A program made the translations under genes and the position numbers. This document shows positions 39,673-53,565 of a stretch of DNA of 64,000 nucleotides, one piece after another. The notes beneath the pieces are model-generated. The model was not told the DNA's origin, made no database searches, and saw only the letters and a program-made list of their open reading frames with translations. The stretch comes from Octopus vulgaris (taxonomy: Eukaryota): assembly GCA_951406725.2 (NCBI GenBank), contig OX597818.1, positions 126,170,001-126,234,000 on the forward strand. Direction: 5' to 3'. Positions within the stretch are counted from its first letter, which is position 1. Every line of letters starts with the position of its first letter.

Positions 39673-39978
39673 GCAAGGTTGTGAGCTCGAATCTCGGACC
39701 GAGCTGCGTGTTGTGTTCTTCAGCAAGGCACTTTATTTCACGTTGCTCCAGTTCCCTCAGCTGTAGAAATGAGTTGCGACGTCACTGGTGCCAAGCTGTA
39801 TCGACCTTTGTCTTTCCCTTGGATAACACTGGTGGCGTGGAGAGGGGAGGCTGGTATGCATGGGCGACTGCTAGCCTTCCATAAACAACCTTACCCGGAC
39901 TTGTGTCTAGGAGGGTAACTTTCTAGGTGCAATCCCATGGTCATTCATGACCGAAGGGGGTCTTTACCCCCTTTACGT
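39673..39978 (+). mobile_element. CORE-type SINE (family D)
   Basis: GAGCTCGAATCTC B-box-like, then CORE-like GTGTTCTTCAGCAAGGCACTTTATTTCAC..CTCAGCTGTAGAAATGAG; ends CTTTACCCCCTTTAC. Confidence 0.65.
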
Positions 39979-40160
39979 ATATATGTGAGTGAGCGCGCGC
40001 GAGTGTATGTGTCGAGAGTTAGATAGATAAATACATGCACACACACACATATACGTATGGATGCGATTAAAAGCGTATATCTATATATATATGTAAATGT
40101 TGTATGAGTGTGTATGTATGTGTGTATGTGTATGCACACACATACACACAGACATATATA

Positions 40161-40309
40161 TATTTCTTTACTACCCACAAGGGGTTAAACACAGAGGGGA
40201 CAAACAAAGACAGACAAACGGATTAAGTCCATTACATCGACCCCAGTGCGTAACTGGTACTTAATTTATCGACCCCTAAAGGATGAAAGGCAAAGTCGAC
40301 CTCGGCGGA
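40161..40309 (-). mobile_element. SINE family B, 5'-truncated (tail type 1)
   Basis: Reverse complement of 5437-5586. Confidence 0.85.
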
Positions 40310-40311
40310 GG

Positions 40312-40365
<54 letters not shown>

Positions 40366-40380
40366 TATATATATATATAA

Positions 40381-40616
40381 AATTATTTAATTTTTATGCT
40401 TTCCTATGACTTAATTTCGAAACGTACGTCCGTAGGTGACTTAATATAGAATGATTGTCGTCATTTCTTTCTCTTTTACCTGCGTTGTTTGCCTTTTAAG
40501 TGCTGTAGTTTTACTGAGATCTCTCTTTTAAGTAGAAAGAATAGCTATAACTCTTTGACTGCTATTTCTAAATTCGGTATGTGGTGAGGCAAATCGTTGC
40601 TAAACCCTTAATTACT

Positions 40617-40618
<2 letters not shown>
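40381..40618 (+). mobile_element. Short (TA)n-embedded element related to the 5607-5932 fold-back arm
   Basis: CTTTGACTGCTATTTCTAA..TTCGGTATGTGGT shared with 5861-5896; CCTATG..GAAAC GTAC GTC CGTAGG at 40403-40436. Confidence 0.55.
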
Positions 40619-40698
<80 letters not shown>

Positions 40699-40996
40699 AC
40701 ATACATATAGGTATGTTTGAGTGTTTCAATATTCATCTATTTTAAGCATTCTTCAGTTGTCATTTTGATTTGCAAATACTTCATGCTTTCTTCCGACTAT
40801 CTCCCCCGATCGTCATGCATTCAATGCATTCACTTAAACACCTACCCTCAATTTATCTCTTCCATTGAACTTTAGATACCTTAATTCAAACGTATCTTGG
40901 CTTGCCTTTCCTTACTGCACGCAACAAACATTGCCCACTGCACAGCCTCGCAACAAATATATTCTGTTTGTAAATAAGTAAGCAAATAAATAAATA

Positions 40997-41128
40997 GGTG
41001 CACGGGTGGCTATGTGATTAAGTTCGCATTGCACCTACGATATTTTGGGTTCAGTCCCATTGTGCGGCACTTCGGGCATGTGTCTTCTACTGTAGCTCCC
41101 GGCTGACCAATGCCTTGTGAGTGAATTT
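40997..41128 (+). mobile_element. SINE family A head fragment
   Basis: GTGGCTATGTG..GGTTCAGTCCCA..GTGTCTTCTACT..GCCTTGTGAGTGAATTT. Confidence 0.7.
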
Positions 41129-41130
41129 CG

Positions 41131-41278
41131 AATATTTACATTATTTACATTCGACGGATATTTGTCCTCATCTTGTTTGTTGTTAACACAACGTTTCGGT
41201 TGATATACCCTCCAGCCTTCTTTAGGTGTCTTGGGAAAGTTTCGAACCTGGGTTCTCATTCCTAAGGGTATTTTTCGA

Positions 41279-41340
<62 letters not shown>

Positions 41341-41480
41341 TTGTTGTTCGGGTCAATGCTTGGAATCGAACTCGGAATCTTGGGGGTTAAGAGCGGTTAT
41401 CCGTAGTGTTAAGAGTGGTTATCCGTCTAATGTAAATAATGTAAATAACGTACATAATTCCTCATCCCTAAAATATAGAA
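41131..41480 (-). mobile_element. Element with Pol III B box, hammerhead-like motif and inverted tail duplication
   Basis: Minus strand GAGTTCGATTCC (41362-41373), (AAT)n linker, GACAC-CTAAAGA-A-GGCTG..CAACC-GAAA-CG-TT-GTGTT (41185-41230); tail 41133-41160 repeated inverted at 41420-41447. Confidence 0.65.
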
Positions 41481-42161
41481 TTGCATTATCTTGCAGCTGC
41501 GAAATTTCGATGGTATAACTGTTTTATGCTTAGAATGACTTTGTAGAATAGGTGTGAGAGGCTGGATCTCACCTGTTTGAATATAAAATATTCGAGCCTG
41601 ATATGATCGAATTAAATGTTAAAGAGTTAACTGAGCAAAAGTCAAAATATTAATTCAATATTGATTAATATAATTCGATTAATGCGATCGAATCTCATAA
41701 TGATCAATAAATTAATACTTGGAATTATTTGCAGCATTATTTGTCATTTCAATAAAATTTTCAAATATCTCCCCTTCATGTTCTATTAATTTTTATGATC
41801 AATTTAATTAAAATTCTGCGAAATTAACGAAACTAATTAATTAATTTCAATCGGTTACTAATTATTCCCATCCCTGGCGCCACCACCACTAACAAGTTAA
41901 AACGCTCTTTACAGCTTATGTGATATAATTCATCAACATCCACCATTCGATATTAAGAGTAAGCGTAAAACTGTCGTTATGTCATTGTTACCGATGCTGC
42001 TACGCCTTTAGTTCCAAATTCTCCAGTAATGTAATTTTCAAAACTGTTTCAATAAGGCTATCATACAATGCTTCGTTCAAAATGCACCGCTATAATAATG
42101 TAATGTGAGTGTGTGTGTGTATGTATGCATGTATGTATGAATGTATGTATGTATGTCGTTT

Positions 42162-42264
42162 TTCAGTTTATTTCAAGATTGCTAGCCAATAGAGAAAGAG
42201 CCGGTTTCTAACATAGACCTAAGGCTCTTTCATTAGAATTTCAACATCAACAAAGTATTTTTGC
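42162..42264 (-). mobile_element. 3'-terminal UTR of the (TACA)n-associated R4/Dong-type LINE
   Basis: Matches 43683-43786; TATG repeats on both sides. Confidence 0.7.
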
Positions 42265-42389
42265 ATGTATGTATGTATGTATGTATGTATGTTTGTATAC
42301 ATGTATGCATGTGTGTGTGTGTGTGTGTGTTTGTGTATGTGTCTATATTTCCATGATTCTCAAATTTCCAATATTACATACATAGCATG

Positions 42390-42462
42390 TCCGTCTTTAC
42401 GTTCTGTGTTCAAATTCCGCTGGGGTCGACTTTGCCTTTTACTCTTTCGAGGTTGGTAAAAT
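42390..42462 (+). mobile_element. SINE family B fragment
   Basis: GTTCAAATTCCGCTGGGGTCGACTTTGCCTTT. Confidence 0.65.
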
Positions 42463-42617
42463 AAGCAACACACATCTGTATTCATGCATGCATGTATGTG
42501 TGTACGTGAGCGTGTATACTTGTATGTACACATAACAGACATATGAATATATGAATATGTATAAATGTATACATATATATATACACACATATGTTTGTGT
42601 GTGTGTGTGTGTGAGTG

Positions 42618-42956
42618 CAATGGACCAGTGGTTAGGGTAGCAGACTCGTGGTTTCAATACCCAGACAGGGCGAAAACAACTAAAGCTCCACGAGGCTCCG
42701 GCAGGTGGTGGTGGCGAACCCTGCTTTACTCTTTTACCTCAACTTTCTCGCATTCTTTCTTCCTGTTTCTGTTGTACCTGTATTTCAAAGGGCCAGCCTT
42801 ATCACACTCTGTGTCACGCTGAATCTCCCCGAGAACTACGTTAAGGGTACATGTAACCGTGGAGTACTCAGCCACTTGCACGTTGATTTCACGAGCTGGC
42901 TGTTCCGTTGATCACATCAACTGGAACTCTGCTCGTCGTAACCGACGGAGTGCCAC
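42618..42956 (+). mobile_element. SINE family C with internal deletions
   Basis: Collinear with 63110-63480. Confidence 0.8.
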
Positions 42957-43313
42957 GAATGTGTCCGAGTATGTCAATGTGTTCAAGACACCTATGTGTG
43001 CGCGAGTGTCACACAAAACATGGTAGCAAAAAATATGGAGGATATACAAAAGAAGTTTAAAATAATTTGCTAATGTCAACAAACTTAGCATTTCATAGAG
43101 TAAAACAGAACAAATATATATTATGTGCTTTCTTTGAGGTTTCCAAAATATAACAGCTGAATATCATTTTAATGAAAACAAACGGAGAGAAGGAGACACA
43201 GTTTTCTTTTACTTGTTTTAGGTATTTGGATAGTGTTTAAAGCGAGAGACTGCTTTTCTTTTTTCTGTTCCCTGTTGGATATATGTATATATTTTGTTAC
43301 GTATGTATGTATG

Positions 43314-43345
<32 letters not shown>

Positions 43346-43553
43346 TGTATGTATGTATGTATGTATGTATGTATGTATGTATGTATGTATGTATGTATGT
43401 ATGTATGTATGTATGTATGTATGTATGTATGTATGTATGTATGTATGTATGTATGTATACATGTATGTATGTATGAATGTATTTATGTGTGTATGTATGT
43501 ATGTACGTATCTGCGTATGTATGTATTTATATATGTACGTGTGTATATATGTA

Positions 43554-43592
<39 letters not shown>

Positions 43593-43682
43593 GAATGTAT
43601 GTGCGAATGTTTGTATGACTGTATGTATGTATGAATGTATTCTTAAATGTATGCATGTATGTATGAATGTATGTATTTCAAT

Positions 43683-44660
43683 ATTCAGTTTATTTCAAGA
43701 TTTCTTGCCAATAGAGAAAGAACCAGTTTCTAACCTAGATCCGAGGTTCCTTCATTGGAATTTCAACATCAACAGGGTATTTTTGTATGTATGTATGTAT
43801 GTATTCTCTTGGATATAGACATACTCATATATATTTAATAAGCTTCTGGAAAGTTTTACAGATTTTTATACTTCCAGTGACGGATTGGATCTGTAGTCTT
43901 CGAATTACCTTTCTCCTTTCTGGTTATGAGAAGTCTAATTTCTCAAGTTTGGTATTTAGGCAGTGTGTTACATACGCTAGGGCCCCAATGATTACAGGTT
44001 GTAATTTGGGTAGAGTAACTGCAGATTTCTTAATAGTTCAGCATAGTTGTTATCTTTTTCACTGATCTTCAGCTTTATGCTAACATCCGCTGGGCAGCTA
44101 ATTTCCACAACTGTGCACAGTTTCACTTCTCTATCCCAAATCATTATATCAGGTCAGTTGTGCTTATATTTTATTGAGGTCTTCACTGCTACTTTGTACC
44201 AGTATTCATTTTCATTATGAGTGCCTATGGCTTCTACCATATTATGGGTTCTTATTTCTTTGTCTTCGGAGTTATCCTTCCGACAGATTTCTTTATAGAG
44301 TATCCTAGTTACAACATGTCTCATTCGTAAATAATACCGTGATGACATTTTCAGACAACTGCTTATGATGTGGGTAATATCTTCAGTGTGAACTACACAA
44401 AGCCTGCATCGGTTGTCACATTTTATGGCTTTTCCTGCATCTCCATCCATTTTATGCATCAGGTACTTGGTTGATATTTCCCATGTCTGGATTGCAAACT
44501 CATACCCTTCAAAGTGGGAGGTAGTAATCCGGCTATTGGTCCATGAAAAACTGCATTGATGATCGATGTTACTATCATCACGGAGCTTTCTATCCGTGCA
44601 TAGTCTTCTGCTCATATAGGTTCGTCCTTTCATCTGATGATCCGTTACGGTAGAGTCGTA
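43683..44660 (-). mobile_element. 5'-truncated R4/Dong-type LINE (restriction-like endonuclease) within (TACA)n
   Basis: CRLCVVHTEDITHIISSC zinc finger, RH motif, PDIMIWDREVKLCTVVEISCP endonuclease motif; stops and frameshifts; TACA/TATG repeats at both ends. Confidence 0.85.
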
Positions 44661-44841
44661 CATACATACGTACGTACGTGCATATATACATACATGTATG
44701 CATATGGACATACGTATATGCATGTATATACACATACATACACGCAGACAAATATTTATACATGAAGACGCGTGCGTTTGTATATATGAATGTATGTATG
44801 TATGTATGTATGTATACATACATACGTATATATATATATAG

Positions 44842-44889
<48 letters not shown>

Positions 44890-44890
<1 letters not shown>

Positions 44891-44927
44891 CTTTCTGTTG
44901 AAGAGCGTAGGCTCGAAACGTTAAAGA
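44890..44927 (+). ncRNA. Minimal hammerhead motif (A6U variant), second copy, element 44889-45026 in (TA)n
   Basis: TCTTT-CTGTTGA-A-GAGC GTAG GCTC-GAAA-CG-TT-AAAGA; downstream ~100 bp nearly identical to 37620-37718. Confidence 0.65.
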
Positions 44928-45024
44928 CTTGTTTTATTTATATTTCCTGAGCGCCATACTAATACAATTGTTCGTTTGTTTTCCACCTGCCTTCGTCTTT
45001 TGTTTATTTTCATAAAGCTTCCCG

Positions 45025-45063
<39 letters not shown>

Positions 45064-45284
45064 CATATATAAATATGTGTGTGTGTTTGTGTGCATATAT
45101 ATATATATATGTATATATATACATACATAAATTGTACACAAATTTATATATGAAGAATTATATTCACATTTCCTCTCATAGATATATTTACACAAATTCA
45201 TGTGTTTGTGTGTGCGTGTTTGTGTGTGTGTCTATGTTTATAGAACTGCTCACATGCAGTCGGCACACACACACACAAATATAG

Positions 45285-45326
<42 letters not shown>

Positions 45327-46213
45327 TAATAATTACATAGATACATAAAATGGGAGCGATGATATATAACCTTATATATGCGTGCATTTGTGTACATGAA
45401 TTTGTATATACGAGTATAGATGAGTAATAAATTGGGATGTATTATTGTCGAATAGAAAATGCATTCCAATGAGGGAGCCAGACACTCGATCCCACCCCTT
45501 ACATTTCGTACTCTCAAATTTGCAAATGTAATCGAATAGATGAAAACTTTTGGGATTGAACTTGTTATGTAATCGTATATTCTTGTCATTGTGTTTTTTC
45601 TTGTTTCTGCATTTAGGGCGCATTCAGTTGTGGAAAGTTTTCGAACACTTATGCGCTAATTCAAAGCATTGGTAGCTCACTTGATCGATCACCAGAATAA
45701 TAATCGTCGACACCGACAGTGATCCATTTCCTTATTTTCTTATATATTTTTATGTATATATGTGTGTTGTATACATACATGCATACATACATACGTACAT
45801 ACGTACGTACATATGTATGTATGCATGTTTGTATGTTTGTATGTATGTATGTATGTATGTATGTATGTATGTATGTATGTATGTATGTATGTATGTGCGT
45901 ACGTGTGTGTATATACATATACACACGCACAATTCATGCGTAAAAACGCATGCGCCAGCTCGTGTATGTTTACATTTACATATAAGCAAATATAGAGCAT
46001 TCACACATTCATACACACAACTAGTCATACATGCACACAATACAATACCCGCATAATCATTTGAATCATTTCAATGTTGAAATTTCACCCCTAACACTAA
46101 CATATTCCTTATTCAACGCATACGGTATTTCTGCAAATCACCCTACCCCTTAACATTCCCCATAAATAAACAACAAACAACAAATACACACACACACACA
46201 TACACACACACGC

Positions 46214-46332
<119 letters not shown>

Positions 46333-46910
46333 AATAGATGTATTTACTGCTGTTATAAAATCCCCAATAATTTTCAACAATAAGATGTTTTGTGTCGTCT
46401 GCTTAGAGATGCGTAATGGCGTTTTAACGACTTCGGCGGGAAAAACAAATAAGAGGAGACTATAGTTGAATACAGAATACGAACTTGGAATAATTCTATT
46501 TGAGTATTATTGATTGAAATGCATAGAATTTATTGCCATTCTTATTATATATCGAATTTCTATTCAATTTTTTTAGCCAAAAATTGTATTCACTGTATAT
46601 CTACTTGTTTTTTTTCTCTCCTTTTTTCTCTTGTATACCGTATTGAACTGTGTATGTGCAGTAAAGCCATGACACAATAACATTTTCTTTTTGTTTAGGC
46701 ATCTATTTATTTGACTACTTCTCTGTATCTATGAATGTATGTGTATTTTAAATATGTATATATTAATATTTATTTCTTCCCAGATTTATGTATGTATGTA
46801 CGTATGTATATCTATATAGATGTATATTAGCATATATAAGTATATGTATATCTATGTGTGCATATATATATGTATATATAAGTGCATATATTTATATATA
46901 TATATATTTT

Positions 46911-47260
<350 letters not shown>

Positions 47261-47384
47261 AATATACATCTAATAAGAACACAATACGGTTCGCAAATCG
47301 ATCAAGGCTGTTCATAATATTTTTCAATCTACGGAGAAATAGTTCCATTTGCCCTAATTATATCTGCTATGTAGGTCACACATA

Positions 47385-47612
47385 TACGGGGTGGTGGTGG
47401 TGCTGAAACGTTTTTGGCTTCAGGTAAAAGAAAATACAGGAGGACCAGGTAATTATGATTTTATTCAACATATTCTCCTCTCAGATTCACACACTTATTG
47501 CAGTAATCCTTCACTTTTTCTAAGTCCTGTAAAAGAATTCGGAATTATGGGTCTACCAACCAGGCCTTTCGTGACACCATTAAAGCTAGAGACTATACAC
47601 CACTCTCTCGTA
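47385..47612. mobile_element. Degenerate mariner-type MITE
   Basis: TACG..GGTGCTGAAACGTTTTTGGCTT and AAAGCTAGAGACTATACACCACTCTCTCGTA form eroded TA-bounded TIRs. Confidence 0.5.
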
Positions 47613-47909
47613 TTATATCATACGTTGATACTATTTGAACTGAGATCCCCGTTTACAGGCTACTGATATTAAGTACAGAGTTAAATACTTATGATAGGCA
47701 AATTATTGGCTCTATTTCTCTCTAGTTACTGGATTTGTTGTGTTTATAAACAAATTGGCTGATTATTTTTCTGAGATTGGTCTAATTGATGTAGACAACC
47801 CAATTAGGCTCGAAAATTGATCAAGGCTATTCATTAGATTTTCAGTCCACGGAGAAATGATTAAATTTGCCCTGTTTACATATCTACTACATAGAGTGTA
47901 TATAAGAAT

Positions 47910-48362
47910 TGAGTTCAAATTTTGGGGCAAGGCCAGCAATTTCGGGGAAGGGTGTAAGTTGATTAGACCGACCCCAGTGCTCAACTGGTACTTATTTTAT
48001 CGATGTCCGAAAGAATGAAAGGCAAAGTTAACCTCGGCAAATTTAGAACTCAGAACGTAAACAAGGACGAAATGTCACTAAGCATTTCGCCCGGCGCGAT
48101 AACGATTCTGCCGGCTCGCCGCTTTACTAGTGCAAATAAATATTAGTAATCCTTTTTACTATAGGCACAACACCTGAAATACGGGGGAGGGGACTAGTCG
48201 ATTACATCGACCCCAGTGTTTCACTGATACTTAATTTATCAACCCTGAAAGGATGAACGGCAAAGTCGACAACGGTGGAATTTGAAATGAGAACATAGGG
48301 ACGGATGAGGTGCCGCTAAGCATTTTACCCGGCGTGCTGACGATTCTGACCGCCCGCCACCT
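47910..48362 (-). mobile_element. Two adjacent SINE family B copies (tail type 2)
   Basis: Copies at ~47910-48123 and ~48152-48362. Confidence 0.8.
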
Positions 48363-48989
48363 TAAATATAAATATTAATAAGAAATATTAAATAAATAGC
48401 CCTTTTCTTTTTAAAACTTAAAACAAACCTGCCGCACAATAAAATGGATGGGTTAGAAAGCAAATTTTGGGAACAAATTTTTTCTTATTTTATGTTTTTG
48501 TGTTATTAATTTTACAGGGGCAGCGAAGAATAAAATCCTTAGGGTGTTATATAGGATTCCTCGTAGATTTTTTTTCCTGACATTTTGCGCTCCGAATCCA
48601 AATCCGCCCAAAGTTGCACTTTGCTATTCCTCGTTCCTAGGTCAATAAAAAAGTACCAATCTCGTCCTTTATATTGGCAAGATATGAAAATTACATAAAA
48701 ATCAAGAATTAATTCTTGATTTTTATGTTATTTTCATCTGTCTTGCCCGCCTATGTTCTGGTGTTCGCTGAATTTTCTCTGGAGAAAATTCTTTCTTTGT
48801 AGTTAGATCGTATGTGATCTTCTTCTAGCATATGGGTATCCACCTAATGGTTTTTTAGCCCTAAATATACACATGTATTGAAATTCTTTCTGATTTTACA
48901 GATTTTTCTATATGCTAGGCTACTGGTTTTAAATTGATATTAATTAAATTAGTATTCAATTTATCTCCCTCGTTATTTAAATATATATA

Positions 48990-49052
<63 letters not shown>

Positions 49053-49139
49053 GTATGTATGTATGTATGCATGTATGTATGTATGTATTATATATATATA
49101 TATATATATCGCGCGTGTGTGTGCGTGTGTGTCTGAGTC

Positions 49140-49322
49140 TTCATGTCGACACCGCTTGACAACAGGTGTTTGTTTACCTCTCCGTGGCTTATCGGTGCAG
49201 CGAAAGAGCTCGACAGACTAAGTACCCGTCTTAACGGTGATCTTTTCGTTCCTCTAATATTCATCAAGTTCGTGCTACAGCATGGCCGTATTCTAATGCC
49301 TGAAACAAGCATAAAGATGAAA
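49140..49322 (+). mobile_element. SINE family A 3' half, degenerate
   Basis: CACCGCTTGACAAC..GGTGTTTG..TAAGTACC..CAGCATGGCCG..CTGAAACAAG. Confidence 0.6.
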
Positions 49323-49712
49323 ATTAACGTCCTATACCCTTTACCTACCGGTGTTTCACCGGAAATGTCCCTACATTTTTTTTGAATTTTTCATTGTCGA
49401 TGCACTATTAGTCTTCGACTCATAAATTCTCATAAAACAATCTTTTTTCGCACCTTCATTTCTTTCTCTCTAGTTTTTACTATTATTTTCACATTGAAGC
49501 TATAACTAAGTTTTGCTGACAAGATGAAATAATAAATCGTATTGGTATTGTTAAAAACAAATATTATTATAAGGGATGTTTAACACGCTTTTTTCCCCTT
49601 TCGTCGCCATTGTTATAGTTTATGTTTATAAAGGTGGACTCCATTCACTTGCATTTTAAGAACACTGTGATGGCTGGTTATCATCTTACTATGTCACGAG
49701 CTACTTGAAAAA

Positions 49713-49759
<47 letters not shown>

Positions 49760-50759
49760 TTATTATTTAAGGAACTAATTTAGGGTGGACGTGTGGCTTT
49801 TCGGTTAGTTTATTGAAATACGCCATTGGAAACCCTCTGAACATCTTAAGAAAGTCAGTAAGTCCTCTTGTATGTATATATGTGTGTATGTATGTTTGCA
49901 GTGCAAGTATGTACGTATTTATGTGTGTGTGTGTATACACATACATATATAAACGCGTGCGCGCACACGCACACACACGCACACGCACACGCACACACAT
50001 AGACACACTCGCATTTATTCTAAAAATATGTCTCATGCAAATATACATATGTGTGTGTGTGTGTGTGAGAGAGTGTGTGTGTACGTATGTCTCTTCTGTA
50101 TTTAATTATTTGAATTCTCCCTCTGAAGAAGGAGCTAGTTTCTACGTTGATACGAAACTCCATCTTTGAAATGTAAATAACAAAAATAGTGTCACATTTT
50201 AAACTTGAGGAAAGCCTTGCATATTTTGGCTGTTCCACTTATAAGTTGTATTTGTAATGTACAAGTTAGTTGGTTGATTTCTTTTTCTGAAAAGTATAGC
50301 TTATCAGACTGACAGTTAGGCATTTACTCACAAAACAATTGCACCCATTATTATTGTTATAAATGTGAATTTGTAGTCCGGATATAGAAGCTGGAGGTTT
50401 CGAAGCAGTTGTCCATAGTTATCCTATTTCTCTTTGACTTGCAAAAAGATATTCACATCAGCAAGGTAGCTGACGCCTCGCTGCAGATCGGTATGGCTTG
50501 AATCATAGTTGACAGGCGAAAATGGTTAATTCCTATGGATTGATATGATCACTTTGTGAGCTATGTGAGATATGATCTCTGTGAACCGCCATACATCTCA
50601 AGATTTTGCACACGCTACACACATCGAAATACCACGTCTTGAAGGAACAACGTTGCATACAGTTAATCTTTCGCAGGACGTCAGATAGTTGACATATCCA
50701 GCACACGTTTCATTCCTTCCACACTATATGATCTCATTGCATCTAAATACATACATACA

Positions 50760-50945
50760 TGTAACAACACAAGTGTTTTTCTCGCATTATTCTTTCTCTT
50801 TTCTCTGGATTTTTTCCTCTTTCCCCGTTCTGACAAAGAACAATACTCGAAGCGTCACACTCAGTCTTTTTATCATCTTAAACTTTCTCTGAGCGTCAAT
50901 ATAGTACATATAGACTTTTTGTGGTTTTACTGTTTTTATTTTTCA
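50760..50945 (+). mobile_element. Eroded copy of the hammerhead-bearing short element
   Basis: GTT-CTGACAA-A-GAAC AAT ACTC-GAAG-CG-TC at 50827-50856, pyrimidine-rich leader and downstream CTGAGCGTC as in other copies. Confidence 0.5.
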
Positions 50946-50949
50946 TTTG

Positions 50950-50988
<39 letters not shown>

Positions 50989-51301
50989 TTATGCATGTGT
51001 GCATGTATGTATATATGTATTTACTTATGTATGAATGTATGTATGTATGTATGTATGTATGTATGTATGTATGTATGTATGTATGCACGAGGGCACATGT
51101 GTGTGAGTTTACATTGTGAACAATGACCATATTAGTTCGAGAACTACAGATGTCCTTCAGTATTTTTTCTTTCCATTAAAAGTGTTTTTAAACAATATAT
51201 TACTTGCTATTATTATTAGTTGTATTAAAATATCTCATGAGTATATGCATGTGTGAATGTATGTGTATGTGTGTGTATATGTATGTATGTATGTATGTAT
51301 G

Positions 51302-51335
<34 letters not shown>

Positions 51336-51349
51336 TGTATGTATGTATG

Positions 51350-51403
<54 letters not shown>

Positions 51404-51750
51404 AATATGAGAGAGAATCCACCAAGTGTACGCTCTTACGCTAAAGGTAGATCCGCAAGGGTCTCAACCACTAAGAATTGTTCTCAAGAAAAATTTAGCA
51501 CACTATGACGTAAGTGAGCAGGACAAATGAAAAATAACAAAAATATAGATTAACCCCATACAATTGTTTTACTGTTAATAAATTATGAAATTTTACTTAC
51601 ACAATTAATCTACAGATCCTCAGTGAGATTCGTCATAAAATATAATTTGTCGAACTGCACGGCAGATATTAACACGAGGTCAAAAATACGAGCAGTTCGG
51701 CCTATTCTATTCGCAATTATTTTCAAATGCCCTCGTTCTAGCGCGCCTTG

Positions 51751-51792
<42 letters not shown>

Positions 51793-52383
51793 TGCAATAT
51801 ATTCCCATCACATCTGGGAAACATAGCTTTCATTCTCTATCAGTCTTTCCCTCTCTTTATCTTTCTTTCACTTTGTATGTCCATGTGACTCTCATAGCCA
51901 CCGTGACTCATTCTCTCTCGACACACATGTATCTGTTTAACATTTTCATCACTGGTCCTCTGCTGTGTCTTGTATTTGAACATACGTCTCTTTTTGGGAG
52001 ACTGTTTATTTCAAGAAACGGCTTTTCTTTCTTACTTTCTTCCTGTCATTTTATTTTAAATAAACCAAACTACGTAGTAATATATAATTAATTTTTTTCA
52101 TGGCTGGTTTTATTTGGTGAAGCAAAAAGTGTAATAAGTAAAGGTAGGAAAATGACAAAACCTAAGACAACAATCCTCTGATATTTTGCAATATTTCCAT
52201 CTTGACTGTGCGTATGTGCGCGGCGTGTGTGTGTGTGTATGCAATTCTTTTGGGGAAAGTTAAGACTAGGAACAGATAGAGCAATAAATAACGGTGTTTA
52301 GCTTTATCTGCTTCGAGTTTCACCCTTCTAAAACAGAATTACTTCACGCTGTGTCGAAGATTCTAAAATCCTATATCAACAAC

Positions 52384-52423
<40 letters not shown>

Positions 52424-52460
52424 TACTTACATTACACACACACACAAACACACATATATA

Positions 52461-52506
<46 letters not shown>

Positions 52507-52539
52507 CATACATGCATATATATAAAGATAAATAAATAA

Positions 52540-52622
<83 letters not shown>

Positions 52623-52638
52623 AGTTCGTGTATCGATA

Positions 52639-52871
52639 GGCGGCGAGCTGGCAGAAGCGTCAGCGCGCTGGGCGAAATGTTTAGCGGTATTTCGTCTGTC
52701 GTTACGTTCTGAGTTCAAATTCCGCCGAGGTCGACTTTGCCTTTCAACCTTTCGGGGTCGATAAATTAAGTACCAGTTACGCACTGGGGTTGATGTAATC
52801 AACTTAATCCCTTTGTCTGTCCTTGTTTGTCTCCTCTATGTTTAGCCCCTTGTGGGCAGTAAAAAGAAATA
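52639..52871 (+). mobile_element. SINE family B, full length (tail type 1)
   Basis: Collinear with 30940-31170; imperfect TSD TCAGTTCG(T/G)GTAT. Confidence 0.85.
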
Positions 52872-53410
52872 TCAGTTCGGGTATTGCTTAGTGCAAAACT
52901 GGTGACATGGAGTGAGAAAGGATTCATCAAACTTCAGCTCTGGTTTGAATACATTGAACAGAGGGAACTTCGGTAAATACACCCAAGATGACAAGTTGTA
53001 GCATGAAACCGGGTGACAGATTAAGACAAGTACACAAGGAGACCATGGCGTGAGCTGAAAACACACACACACAGGCAGGCAAGCACACACACACATATAC
53101 GCACACGCGCACACACATGCACATGCACACACACACAGAACGAATGCTGCAAGGCATCCCCTCCGATGATCTAAATTTCCTGTGAATCTGTCATCCATAC
53201 TCTGTTACTAATATGCACTGACCAGGAATCTCCACTAGTACGAATAGTTTTCTTCTTAAAAGATAAACCACCTTCGTATATACAATTGGTAGCTGGATAA
53301 ATCCATCAATCCATCCATCCATCTCTATCTATCTATCTATCTATCTTGCTAGATATCTTATTTTTGTTAAAATTCCATTAACATGTGTATGTATGTGTAC
53401 AAATATACAT

Positions 53411-53471
<61 letters not shown>

Positions 53472-53565
53472 ATCCAAACAAGAAAACACAAAAAAACACA
53501 ACAACGCGAGGATGTGGAACAAAAATAGTATTATTGGACGCTCAGGAAAGAAGGGAAGAAGGAGG

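Noticed and set aside
50123-50175. CTGAAGA...GAAA hammerhead-like motif
   Set aside because: Stem II irregular, stem I absent, single copy in the window.
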